From the NCBI GenBank assembly GCA_965215265.1, contig OZ244048.1:736001-800000 (forward strand): a stretch of DNA of 64,000 bases, written 5' to 3'. Positions 19,694 to 29,064 of this stretch are shown here, in pieces; within the stretch, counting starts at the first letter, position 1; each line of letters begins with the position of its first letter. Made by a program: the position numbers and the translations under genes. A model generated the notes under the pieces. It worked only from the letters and a program-made list of their open reading frames with translations. It did no database searches and had not been told where the DNA came from. The DNA is from Candidatus Poribacteria bacterium. Lineage in GTDB: Bacteria; Poribacteria; WGA-4E; WGA-3G.

Positions 19694-20761
19694 CTACTGT
19701 GCAGGTGGTTCTGCCTGCGTCTTGAGTTCAACGGCTCTGCCGGTTTGCGAAGATTCAATACCGGCGAGGAGTATTTCGGTGACGTGTCGCGCTGTGTAAG
19801 CATTAGAGAGCGGTGGTTGCTTGGCTTGGCGGATACATTCAGCGAAGTGTGCATGCATTCCACTCGGTGCTACATCGGTACAGTCGATAGTCTTGACATC
19901 AACTGGTGCGTGTTCGCGTGTGTAAGAGGTTGGTGTCCATTGGCTGAGTGGTGCGCCATCTTTACCGGGTATCGTAAATTTGCCTGCGGTGCCGTGGATG
20001 CTTGCTTCGCCTGTGCGTGCGGGGTCACACCAGCTGGTTTCAGCGGTGACAATCCCGCCGGATTGCATTTCAAGGACAAGGGTTGCGACATCTTCAAGTT
20101 GTGTAGGCTTATCAAAGGTAGAGACAAATCCGGTAACGCGCTTGAAAGTGCCGAGCATTGCGACAAGTCCGGAAACGGCGTAAACGCCCATATCAAAGAG
20201 TGCACCGACACTTGCTTGTTTTGCGTCAAAGAACCACAAATCATCTCCGGTTTCGCCGAAGATGTCTCGGATTTCAGCGTAGTAAATTTCGGGTCCGCCG
20301 TGGCTGCTGCGCATTCTGGCACCGGAAACGCGTCCGATTGCGTTCTGAGCGATTAATTGTCGGATTTTGTAGATGGCGGCATTGAAATGTGGCAGACACA
20401 TGACGATTTTTCCGCTGGCTTCGGCAGCTGCGACAAACTGATTTGCTTCGTGGATATCGCCACAGAGGGGTTTTTGCATCAAGACATGCTTGCCGGCTCC
20501 TAAAGCTTTAACGCCCCAGGAGACATGCAAGGGATGGGGTGTTCCGACGAGGATGGCATCCAAAGATTCATCAGAGACAATCCGGTCGTAGTCGTGCGTC
20601 CAGTGCGGAATGTCAAATTGCTGACACTGCTGCTTGAGGCGATGTTCGCGTCGTCCGCCAATCACTGTTACTTCAAAATCTGTGCCTTGCTTAATATCAG
20701 GTAGGTGCATTCTGCAAACGATTCCGCCTGCTCCGATAATGCCAAGTTTTAGTTTTTTCAT
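19694..20761 (-). CDS. Gfo/Idh/MocA family oxidoreductase
   Basis: GIIGAGGI Rossmann motif, TPHPLH, KHVLMQKP, GALFDMGVY. Confidence 0.92.
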   Translation of the reverse strand: MKKLKLGIIGAGGIVCRMHLPDIKQGTDFEVTVIGGRREHRLKQQCQQFDIPHWTHDYDRIVSDESLDAILVGTPHPLHVSWGVKALGAGKHVLMQKPLCGDIHEANQFVAAAEASGKIVMCLPHFNAAIYKIRQLIAQNAIGRVSGARMRSSHGGPEIYYAEIRDIFGETGDDLWFFDAKQASVGALFDMGVYAVSGLVAMLGTFKRVTGFVSTFDKPTQLEDVATLVLEMQSGGIVTAETSWCDPARTGEASIHGTAGKFTIPGKDGAPLSQWTPTSYTREHAPVDVKTIDCTDVAPSGMHAHFAECIRQAKQPPLSNAYTARHVTEILLAGIESSQTGRAVELKTQAEPPAQ

Positions 20762-20797
20762 ACGGATTCCCTTTTTTATAGGTTGTTAGCAAATTAA

Positions 20798-21310
20798 ATG
20801 AGACAGTTACGGGATAAACAACTCAAAAAGTTTCTGCGGCAGTCAGCGTATCCGTCGATAGAACTGGTTTTTATCCTTCAAGATGTCGAAGACCCGGTTA
20901 ACGTTGGCGCGACTTTCCGGATAGCGGATGCGTGCGGTGTTGGCGAAATAGTATTAGCGGGGATTAGTGCGTTGCCGCCCCATCCAACTATTTCCGGTGT
21001 TGGCCGCGGTGCACATCGAACGGTAAAGTGGTCTACGACTGCCACCGCCACAGATGCGATTAAAACTTACAAGCAGCAAGGGTACGTTGGATATGCCCTG
21101 GAGGTGACCTCGGGTGCGGTGCCGTACCATACAGTGGAGTATAGCGAAAAACTTTTCTTAGTTGTGGGCAATGAATACCGCGGGGTTTCCCGGCGTACGC
21201 TTGAGGCGTGTGATAAAGCCATCTATCTGCCGATGTATGGTAAGGTGCGCTCCTTGAACGTGCATGTTGCGCTTGCTGTGGCGACGTATCACATTTTGCA
21301 TAAAAACTAG
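20798..21310 (+). CDS. TrmH/SpoU family RNA methyltransferase
   Basis: EDPVNVGATFR, VGNEYRG, SLNVHVA SPOUT motifs. Confidence 0.9.
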   Translation: MRQLRDKQLKKFLRQSAYPSIELVFILQDVEDPVNVGATFRIADACGVGEIVLAGISALPPHPTISGVGRGAHRTVKWSTTATATDAIKTYKQQGYVGYALEVTSGAVPYHTVEYSEKLFLVVGNEYRGVSRRTLEACDKAIYLPMYGKVRSLNVHVALAVATYHILHKN

Positions 21311-21341
21311 GCGCACTGATGCCAGATTTCCGGTTTTGCGT

Positions 21342-21995
21342 TTACTGTATGAGTATGACGTTGCGATAGGCTACCGGTCCGTGGTCTCCTTGTAACATCA
21401 GGGGGCCAGTGGGTGCTTCCTCCTGGAACATTGCCCCGCGTGTGCAGCCAACTACCTCAACATTTTCATGAATTGTTTGTCCATTCCAGAGGACTTTGAC
21501 AAAAGTAGCATTTGCAGTTTTGTTGCGTTGTGCATCAAATCGCGGGGCGCGGAAGATGATTTCGTAGTTTTGCCACTGTCCGGGCGGTTGGCTTGCGTTA
21601 ACGCGTGGCGGTACGCCATCTACAGGCTTCTCATCGATCCAGCGGCAGTAAACGCCGCCGCAGGTGCCGTATCGGAGTTCAGTCTCGCCCCAGCTGTCTA
21701 ATATCTGGATTTCATATCTTCCCATGAGGTAGACACCGGAATTAGAGTTCTGGGGTACCATGAATTCTAGGTGCAGTTCACAATCTCCGTATTCAGCAGC
21801 TGTATAGATGTCAGCGGTGCGTCCGGTAGGTCCATTGTAAAAGAGCCCTTCCCCGGTGGTAGGCATTAACAATTTTACATCGTTGGGGTTGAGGGCAATA
21901 TTGGATGCGGCTGCCCATTCATGGTTCGTGGCTCTGCCTCTTGGGAGCCATCCATCCATGTTTTTCCCGTTAAAAAGCTTGGTAGTTTGAGACAT
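21342..21995 (-). CDS. DUF1080 / 3-keto-disaccharide hydrolase family protein
   Basis: LFNGKNMDGW, NSGVYLMGRYEIQILDS, LQGDHGPVAYRN. Confidence 0.9.
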   Translation of the reverse strand: MSQTTKLFNGKNMDGWLPRGRATNHEWAAASNIALNPNDVKLLMPTTGEGLFYNGPTGRTADIYTAAEYGDCELHLEFMVPQNSNSGVYLMGRYEIQILDSWGETELRYGTCGGVYCRWIDEKPVDGVPPRVNASQPPGQWQNYEIIFRAPRFDAQRNKTANATFVKVLWNGQTIHENVEVVGCTRGAMFQEEAPTGPLMLQGDHGPVAYRNVILIQ

Positions 21996-22117
21996 TCTTC
22001 ATTCCTCCGGAATTTGATTGACAGATTTTGCGAAATAGGATATCCTATTAAGGTAACATACATAATTGATAGGCTGTTTCGCCGCTATGGGCGAGCTGCC
22101 TTTTCTAAGAGGAGATA

Positions 22118-23014
22118 ATGAACCATAAGAAACAAGGGCTCTTATATTCCTGTCTATCTCTGCTGATGTGCCTAACTGTGATTTGGACGTTGGCATTCCT
22201 GCAGCTAGACGAAGGGGTTGTCGCATCGGATGATGCCCGCACGCCTTTTGCGGAAGGGTGCGTCAAGTGCCATGGCAATGAACCGGCATATCAGGAATGG
22301 AAAAACGCGGGACATGCGAAAGCACTTGTCAATCTACATGCTGGACCTTACCCGGTTGTGCGTTCCTGCCTGAGCTGCCATTCGTCCGGGTACGAGCTTT
22401 TCATTGACAGGGTTTACCCTGGGCATCAGTATAATCTAGAGACGGCGGTGAACGCTGTGGGTTGTTCATCATGTCACTCTCATAGTAGTAAAACGGAACA
22501 CCTTTTGGTGAAGCCTGCGAAAAAATTGTGTGTAAGCTGCCATAAAATGGACTGCGGTTGTGCCGGTGCTGGTACTGTGCATCAATCCCAATCCGAGATG
22601 TTTCTGGGGCGTGATGGTGCCGGTGTCAAACGGATGCCGTCGCCGCATGTGCGTGCCATGAAAAAACGGTGCGTGCACTGCCACATGGCAAAAACGGAGC
22701 CGGAGACGGTTGCCCAACACGGTGGCCATACGTTCGTCGCTGAGCTGTCGTTTTGCAGCAGTGCGGGTTGTCACGATAGCCCGGATAACGACATGGCGGT
22801 GAAACTTCCAAAGTACCGTGCCGAAATTGAGGCGAAGATGCTTGCAGTTAAAACGATGTTAGACAATGCGGTAGACAAAAATTCGCAAGCGTATAAGGAT
22901 GCGAAGTTGAACTACGACATGGTAAAAGGCGATAGCGGTTATGGTCTTCACAATATGCCGTATGCGAACGCGCTGCTGGATTATAGTCTGTCGCTCAAAT
23001 CCGCATTGGAGTAG
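22118..23014 (+). CDS. Exported multiheme c-type cytochrome (5 CxxCH + 1 CxxxxCH)
   Basis: N-terminal TM/signal; CVKCH, CLSCH, CSSCH, CVSCH, CVHCH, CSSAGCH; c552-like C-terminal D.GYGLHN..YA..LL. Confidence 0.88.
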   Translation: MNHKKQGLLYSCLSLLMCLTVIWTLAFLQLDEGVVASDDARTPFAEGCVKCHGNEPAYQEWKNAGHAKALVNLHAGPYPVVRSCLSCHSSGYELFIDRVYPGHQYNLETAVNAVGCSSCHSHSSKTEHLLVKPAKKLCVSCHKMDCGCAGAGTVHQSQSEMFLGRDGAGVKRMPSPHVRAMKKRCVHCHMAKTEPETVAQHGGHTFVAELSFCSSAGCHDSPDNDMAVKLPKYRAEIEAKMLAVKTMLDNAVDKNSQAYKDAKLNYDMVKGDSGYGLHNMPYANALLDYSLSLKSALE

Positions 23015-23052
23015 CGAGCGTATCTATCTGCTCTGCTGGGGCATTTGCCTGG

Positions 23053-23877
23053 TTACTGTGTGCCGTTGAGTGCTGCTTTTAGCGGTACATCCTTATCTTG
23101 CGGTAGATAGTAGCTGAGCGGTTCGGTGACAACGCCGATGAGCTGCTTCTGAATTGGATTGCATTTTGCGATGAGTGAGTCAGGCATGGTGATGTAATCC
23201 ATGGGTTTGACCCATCGGTATGCGTATCCCATAAAGATGGTTTTGCGTGGCATGCCGGACCAGTTGTGCCCGATTCCGTGCCAGGTCCGCTGTTCGAAGA
23301 GGAAAGCGTCGCCTGGTTTGATGTTCATAGAAATAGCGCCGCGTGCCCATCCGGTATCCGGATCAGTTGCAGGTCGGCCGGAGAGTCGGTTACTGCCGGG
23401 TACAAGAACGGTTGCCCCGGAAGCCGGGTCTGACTGGTCGCTGATAGCATAAGCAATTTTGAGCATGATGCGCGGGTGCGGTTCCTGCATTTCCCTATAA
23501 GATGTGCCGCCATCTCGATGTAGCCCGATTCGGTTTTTAACCTCGGTGGGCGGCTCCTCTTTAGACGGAAGTACAATAAGATGTGAGGTTATCATCTGCA
23601 CATTCCAATTGAGTACGCCGTATGCTAGTGGGACTGTTTTATCCCAATCAAGCAGCTGGAGGAACGCTTCATGATGGGTGATGCAATTACGGAGATTGAG
23701 TTTACCGCCAGTTTCGAGGCATCCGGCAGCTGCTTGTGCAGCATAGACTTCATCAACAGCGGCATCAATTTCCGCGACGACATCTGGGGGTAAAGCGTTT
23801 TTAATTAAAAGATAGCCGTTGTTTTCAACGAACTGTTTTTGCTCGGGCGTAAGTATTACTTCCTGAGTCGTATCCAT
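23053..23877 (-). CDS. Phytanoyl-CoA dioxygenase (PhyH) family protein
   Basis: LT.EQ..F...NGYL, HRD, LVPGS, WHG facial triad. Confidence 0.9.
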   Translation of the reverse strand: MDTTQEVILTPEQKQFVENNGYLLIKNALPPDVVAEIDAAVDEVYAAQAAAGCLETGGKLNLRNCITHHEAFLQLLDWDKTVPLAYGVLNWNVQMITSHLIVLPSKEEPPTEVKNRIGLHRDGGTSYREMQEPHPRIMLKIAYAISDQSDPASGATVLVPGSNRLSGRPATDPDTGWARGAISMNIKPGDAFLFEQRTWHGIGHNWSGMPRKTIFMGYAYRWVKPMDYITMPDSLIAKCNPIQKQLIGVVTEPLSYYLPQDKDVPLKAALNGTQ

Positions 23878-24050
23878 TTTTTATCCTCTCTTTAGCATCG
23901 CCTTTAAATCGATGGTGGCTCTGATTCACCTTGCCGATTTAGGCGTGTCAAAATGATTACGTTGACACTGTTATGAATGTGTCTGCATGAAAGTATATAG
24001 TGATTTAAGAAAAATATCAAGTAAAAAAATAGTTTCACGAGAAACCCAAA

Positions 24051-26021
24051 TTGCAAACAACTTCTTCCGAGCGAAATTCTAGAGAGCGCGTGTCTGAATC
24101 TGTTTTGCGGTGTGCGTCGAGAATCGGTGCGACAGGGCGTGCGATTTTCCTCGGTACTACCCTTATTATTCCTAACGTTTACTGGATCCTGGATTCTGCG
24201 GGGCAAGGCTATCCGACCACTATCTCCCTCTATTTTAACGTCATTTTCTGCGTTTTTATTTTGACGTGTTTTAATTTTATATTATCTCGGTTCAGGAACA
24301 GTTTTCTCCAAAAACTGGCGCTTGGGCGTGGGGAATTGCTGACGGTTTACGTCATGTTGACGATAGCCTCCTCATTAGCTGGGCACGATGTACTTCGGGT
24401 TTTAATTCCGATGATTCCGTATGCTTTCTGGTATGCGACAGCGGAAAACGATTGGGCAGATCTATTTCATCGGTACATCCCGGATTGGCTGGCGGTTAAG
24501 GATCGTGCTTTTTTGACAGAGTATTATAGAGGAGAATCGACTTTTTACCGTTCAGAGTTTATAGAAGGATGGCTTCCGACAACGTTGGCTTGGGGTGGTT
24601 TCTTATGCGCGATGGTTTTCTTGATGGTTTGTATCAATAGCCTGGTGCGTAAACAGTGGACAGAACATGAGAAGTTGAGTTACCCAATCATTCAATTGCC
24701 GCTGGAGTTGAGCGGCAGTGGGCGTTCGGGTCTGCTGACAAATAAGATGATGTGGGTCGGTTTCGGGATAGCTGGTGCGATTGACATCCTTAACGGTCTT
24801 CACTATCTGTATCCAACGGTTCCGAGTTTGGGTGGCCGTTTGTATGATCTGCGTCCCCTATTTACGCAAAAACCGTGGAGTGCAATAGGCTGGACACCGA
24901 TCGCTGTGTTTCCGTTTGCCGTAGGGATAGCGTTCTTTATTCCGCTTGATTTATCGTTTTCCTGCTGGTTTTTCTATCTATTTTGGAAGGTGGAACGGAT
25001 CTTTGGGGATGCGTTAGGTGTGCGTGGGATGCCGAATTTTCCGTTCACAGATGAACAATCGTTTGGGGCATATCTAGGTCTGTTTGTGCTTGCGATATTG
25101 GCGACGCGAAAACACCTCGGCCGGGTGTGGCGGCGGCTCTTTCAGTCGACTTCGAAGAGTAAGAGTCTGATCAACGATTCGGCTGAGCCGATGTCGTATC
25201 GTGCGACCGTCTTAGGGTTGTTAGTAAGTCTAATCTTCATCGTAGGTTTCTGTAAAGTGGCTGGGATGTCGATGTGGGTAATTTTGGTATTTTTCGGTAT
25301 CTACTATGCAATTTCGACAGCAGTGACGCGTATGCGTGCTGAATTGGGTTCGCCTGTGCACGATTTGCACTTCATCGGTCCTGATGAGATGATGCCTCGG
25401 ATATTTGGTACGCGTCTGCTCGGTCCGCAAAATTTGACGATGTTCGCGTATCTCTTCTTTTTTAATCGTGCGTACCGTGGGCATCCGATGCCTCATATTT
25501 TAGAAGGATTTAAGTTGGCAGAGCGGACTGGGATTTCAAATAGACGTTTGCTGGTTGCGATGTGTATCGCTATTGTTATTGGGACGTTCGCCTCGTTTTG
25601 GGCGTTCTACCATATTTCATATATTGAAGGCGCGCGCGATTGGTTTGCCGGGCATCCGTTTAACCGTCTCCAGAGCTGGCTGTCTTCTCCGAAGGCCCCG
25701 GATGTTCCCGCAATTTTTGCGATGTGTATCGGTTTTTTAATTACGTGCGTGTTGATGGTTTTACGGATGCAGCTATTTTGGTGGCCGTTCCATCCCGCCG
25801 GGTTTGCTATCTCTAGCAGCTGGTCAATGAATGTGTTCTGGTTTTCAATTCTGGTGAGTTTTGTTCTGAAGTGGCTTATTCTGCGTCATGGGGGTGTTAG
25901 CACGCATCGCAAATTGATTCCGTTATTCCTGGGTCTTATTTTAGGCGAGTTCATTGTGGGTAGTGTGTGGAGTTTGATTGGTATTACGTCGGATCGGCCG
26001 ATGTATCGGTTTCTGTTTTAG
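24051..26021 (+). CDS. Large polytopic membrane protein (DUF6785/DUF6784-like, possible transporter)
   Basis: Many TM helices; RKQW.EHEKL.YP, RAELG, WWPFHPAG, FLGLILGEF; start uncertain. Confidence 0.7.
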   Translation: MQTTSSERNSRERVSESVLRCASRIGATGRAIFLGTTLIIPNVYWILDSAGQGYPTTISLYFNVIFCVFILTCFNFILSRFRNSFLQKLALGRGELLTVYVMLTIASSLAGHDVLRVLIPMIPYAFWYATAENDWADLFHRYIPDWLAVKDRAFLTEYYRGESTFYRSEFIEGWLPTTLAWGGFLCAMVFLMVCINSLVRKQWTEHEKLSYPIIQLPLELSGSGRSGLLTNKMMWVGFGIAGAIDILNGLHYLYPTVPSLGGRLYDLRPLFTQKPWSAIGWTPIAVFPFAVGIAFFIPLDLSFSCWFFYLFWKVERIFGDALGVRGMPNFPFTDEQSFGAYLGLFVLAILATRKHLGRVWRRLFQSTSKSKSLINDSAEPMSYRATVLGLLVSLIFIVGFCKVAGMSMWVILVFFGIYYAISTAVTRMRAELGSPVHDLHFIGPDEMMPRIFGTRLLGPQNLTMFAYLFFFNRAYRGHPMPHILEGFKLAERTGISNRRLLVAMCIAIVIGTFASFWAFYHISYIEGARDWFAGHPFNRLQSWLSSPKAPDVPAIFAMCIGFLITCVLMVLRMQLFWWPFHPAGFAISSSWSMNVFWFSILVSFVLKWLILRHGGVSTHRKLIPLFLGLILGEFIVGSVWSLIGITSDRPMYRFLF

Positions 26022-26245
26022 GCGGACGTTCTTGCTGGGCTGTATGGCTGTATCAGGAGGTAGGGGCCTTCCACAAGTAATGAGTTGGAAAAGGAATCGG
26101 CGTGGACGTTGAGCATGCTGGAGGCACCGACTGTCTCGATTTCGGACAGTGGCGGCTCATTCTAATAAGAGAAAGAGGTGTGATGGCATTCAGCACTGTG
26201 CCGACTCACCATCAACCTCTGGTTTTATCTTTGGCTGTTCATAAG

Positions 26246-26265
26246 CCGAGCTGCGTGCAGCTCGG
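26246..26265. promoter_or_regulatory. GC-rich perfect hairpin 21 nt 3' of the FGE-sulfatase stop codon; candidate DGR target-recognition stem-loop
   Basis: CCGAGCTG-CGTG-CAGCTCGG with no U-tract on either strand. Confidence 0.55.
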
Positions 26266-26286
26266 AAGAGGTAAAGGGGTAAAGAT

Positions 26287-27417
26287 TTAAGGCGTGACAG
26301 CCCTCGCGCACCGGAACCCGCCGAGGCCGAGCGCGGTCCAAGGTAAATACTCGCCGCGATTAGCGGCACGCAGGAAACGAGTACTATTGATCCAGCCACC
26401 GCCGCGCAACACGCGAGCAGAATAAATATTTGTGTAGTCATCTACAATCTCATCCAGATTCGATATGGTGTTCACGTCGCTCAGCGGATTTCGAGACGGC
26501 GAATTAAAATAGAAATCCGAATCATACGCATCCAGACACCACTCGCGAACGTTCCCGGCCATGTCGAACAGCCCATACCCGTTCGCAGCATAACTCCCCA
26601 CAGCCGTTGTATCGTTTACATTAAGACCGTAGTTCGCATCGTTCGGCGCTATCGTGTCTCCCCACGGGTATTTCTTACCAACTAACCCACCCCGTGCCGC
26701 TTTCTCCCACTCCGCCTCAGTGGGCAGGCGTTTACCGGCCCAAGCAGCATACGCCATCGCACCATACCACGGAACATACGTCACGGGATGGTTCGCCTTA
26801 CCCGAAGGATAGTTATTACCGTCCCAATGGCTTAGGTAATCACCATCATGGCGGACAGCCGGAACCCGCCCCTTCTGCCACTGCGGGTTCGCCAGCACAA
26901 AACGTTTGTACTCCAGATTCGTCACCTCGTGCGTGTCCATGTAGAACGCGTCCACATGCACCGTGTGCACAGGCTGTTCATCACTACCGGCATCGGCATC
27001 GTTGCTGCCCATCTGGAATGCACCACCGGGGATGAGCACCATGCCTGCCGGCGGCGGCTTGGCTTTTGCTTTGACCTGGTAAGTCAAAGTCAGGCTGCCT
27101 GCACCATTTGACCAGTTGAGCCGCAAGTTCAGCGCACCGCGGCTAAAAGGACCTGAGATGGTCCGAGTCCTACCCACACCGGATACAGAACCCTCACTGG
27201 TGCTGACATCGCCCGGATCGGTGTCAAAGTTTAATATGATGCTCCCATCTTCCGCAAGCTCACCACCGGACGGTGTCACGCTTTCGATCGCGGCGGGAGC
27301 CTCCTCTTCTTCAGCATCATCTTCAATAAATCCGCAGCTGAGCAGGCAAACCGCCAGCGAAGTGGCCATCAATAAAACTAAGATTCTAAACATTACTGCT
27401 ACGCTTTTATTAGTCAT
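26287..27417 (-). CDS. Lipoprotein with Ig-like N-domain and C-terminal SUMF1/FGE-sulfatase (CLec-fold) domain; candidate DGR target
   Basis: Lipobox LLSC; F.MG, EVTN, RLPTEAEWEKAARGG, NGYGLFDMAGNVREW, RVLRGG, GFRCAR; lacks FGE catalytic Cys pair; start placed behind GGAGG. Confidence 0.9.
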   Translation of the reverse strand: MTNKSVAVMFRILVLLMATSLAVCLLSCGFIEDDAEEEEAPAAIESVTPSGGELAEDGSIILNFDTDPGDVSTSEGSVSGVGRTRTISGPFSRGALNLRLNWSNGAGSLTLTYQVKAKAKPPPAGMVLIPGGAFQMGSNDADAGSDEQPVHTVHVDAFYMDTHEVTNLEYKRFVLANPQWQKGRVPAVRHDGDYLSHWDGNNYPSGKANHPVTYVPWYGAMAYAAWAGKRLPTEAEWEKAARGGLVGKKYPWGDTIAPNDANYGLNVNDTTAVGSYAANGYGLFDMAGNVREWCLDAYDSDFYFNSPSRNPLSDVNTISNLDEIVDDYTNIYSARVLRGGGWINSTRFLRAANRGEYLPWTALGLGGFRCARAVTP

Positions 27418-27638
27418 TACAGCCCTCCAAACCGTTGAAACTTTTTTATTACACACAAATGCCGCGAAACGCCCGCGGCTAACGGATGCCGGAATCTCTT
27501 CAAGAGCATCCGCGGTATTGTCTATATTCTTGAAAATAGATAAGATTTTCCCGGGTATACCGGCACTTGTCCCGACAATCTCTCACGCTTTTGGCAACAA
27601 GGCACACATAACACATCTCAACTCACTAAAATTTTACC

Positions 27639-27986
27639 CTATTTATAACTGGTTTTTTTGACTAAAGGATAGTTATTACCGTTCCAATATTTTAGGTAAT
27701 CACCATCGTGGAGTGCACGGGGGATACGCGTCTTTTGCCATTGGGGGTTCGCCAGCACAAACCGCTTGTATTCCAGATTCGTCACCTCGTGCGTGTCCAT
27801 GTAGAACGCGTCCACATGCACCGTGTGCACAGGCTGCTCGTCATTACCGGCATCGGCAGCCTCGCTGCCCATCCAGAATTTGCCCCGAGGGATCCGCACC
27901 ATACCATCAAAAGGCGTGGGCGTGTCACCGCAACTCAAAACGGTCACTGCACACGCCAGCACCATTGAAATTCTCTTATCAGACAT
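27639..27986 (-). pseudogene. 3'-truncated paralog of the FGE-sulfatase lipoprotein
   Basis: Lipobox VLSC; 27665-27879 aligns without gaps to 26805-27019 (offset 860; 65-bp exact stretch); homology ends at NNYP, followed by a stop. Confidence 0.85.
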
Positions 27987-28068
27987 CAAAACGCTCCAAA
28001 TTATTGAAACATTTTTATAAAAACGGAACACTCCGCTCACTCTGCCAGGGCGTTCGGTGCGTGCGTTT

Positions 28069-29040
28069 CTATAGTTCTAACGCCTGTAGGAATGCTTGAA
28101 AACTATCGGCTTTGACGGCTGTCAGCAGCAGTTGCTCGAGGTGTTCTAGGTTAGAAAGCGTTTCGAGTTGCTGCGTGGCAGTGTGTATGTCACAATGAGG
28201 GAATCGCGCATTGAGGACGGCGGTTATATTTTTGATAGCCGTCTGGCACGCCCCTTTTTCTATGCCTCGTTCCATCCCTTGTGCTATGCCTCGTTCCATC
28301 CCTTGTGCTATGCCTCGTTCGAAGAGGAATTCGGCCATTGTCTCTGCCATAGGTGCTACCTCCATGTCACGCGTATGCCGGGCTACCAGCTCTATCAACT
28401 CTTCCTGTTCTTCCTTTGAACGCCGATGCACAATCAGCGATACCAGATACATTATCGCTTCCCGCCGCTGCCCTGAATCCACCGCATCAAGTGTCGCCAA
28501 CTGCGTCAAAGTCTCCACTAAGGCACGGCTTATAGACGCTTTGTCCGAATCTCCTTGTTGCAGCACTCTCATCAGCCACCCGAACGGATGCGCCGCCTCT
28601 GTCAGCGTCGCCTTGTCTGTGCGGTTCAGATTCAGAAACAGGATGTCAAATCTCGGAACGAATCGAGAGAGCGCCGCAGGCAGATTCATCATCGCCTCAA
28701 GTGTCAGAGGCTTTTCCCACCGCCGCTCCCCCGTGTAAAACACCACGGGCAGAATCGGCGGCAATACACGCTCTCTTCTCGGCACCTTCTCGGCCGCCCA
28801 CCGCCGCCGCTCTGCGTCCCAAATCAGCATCATGTAGAAAAGCACACGAAATCCCATCGTCGCATCTACCGTCGATTGATGTTCAATCAGCAGATAGAGG
28901 AGCAGCTCCTCCGCACCCTCATCACCATCACTTTTGAAGGGCACCCGATACACAATGTCTGCCTCTTGTTCTCGGAGCGTGGCGGGCAGCAGGCTCCTAT
29001 TGATTAGAACCAGCTGCTCAAATTGGCTGTGCATTCCCAC
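28069..29040 (-). CDS. Rpn / YhgA-like PD-(D/E)XK nuclease ('putative transposase'), apparently 5'-truncated
   Basis: LREQEADIVYRV, LLIEHQS, MGFRVLFYM, PILPVVFYTG..W, EG-type C-terminal repeats. Confidence 0.88.
   Translation of the reverse strand: MGMHSQFEQLVLINRSLLPATLREQEADIVYRVPFKSDGDEGAEELLLYLLIEHQSTVDATMGFRVLFYMMLIWDAERRRWAAEKVPRRERVLPPILPVVFYTGERRWEKPLTLEAMMNLPAALSRFVPRFDILFLNLNRTDKATLTEAAHPFGWLMRVLQQGDSDKASISRALVETLTQLATLDAVDSGQRREAIMYLVSLIVHRRSKEEQEELIELVARHTRDMEVAPMAETMAEFLFERGIAQGMERGIAQGMERGIEKGACQTAIKNITAVLNARFPHCDIHTATQQLETLSNLEHLEQLLLTAVKADSFQAFLQALEL
28260..28320. repeat. 24-bp tandem repeat (2.5 copies) encoding ERGIAQGM
   Basis: CTATGCCTCGTTCCATCCCTTGTG x2 plus a partial copy. 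Confidence 0.9.
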
Positions 29041-29064
29041 CTTTTATGCACAGCCTTTTTTTTA

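Noticed and set aside
28069-29040. Rpn gene as an IS element
   Set aside because: No terminal inverted repeats or target duplication seen; the family is not a demonstrated transposase
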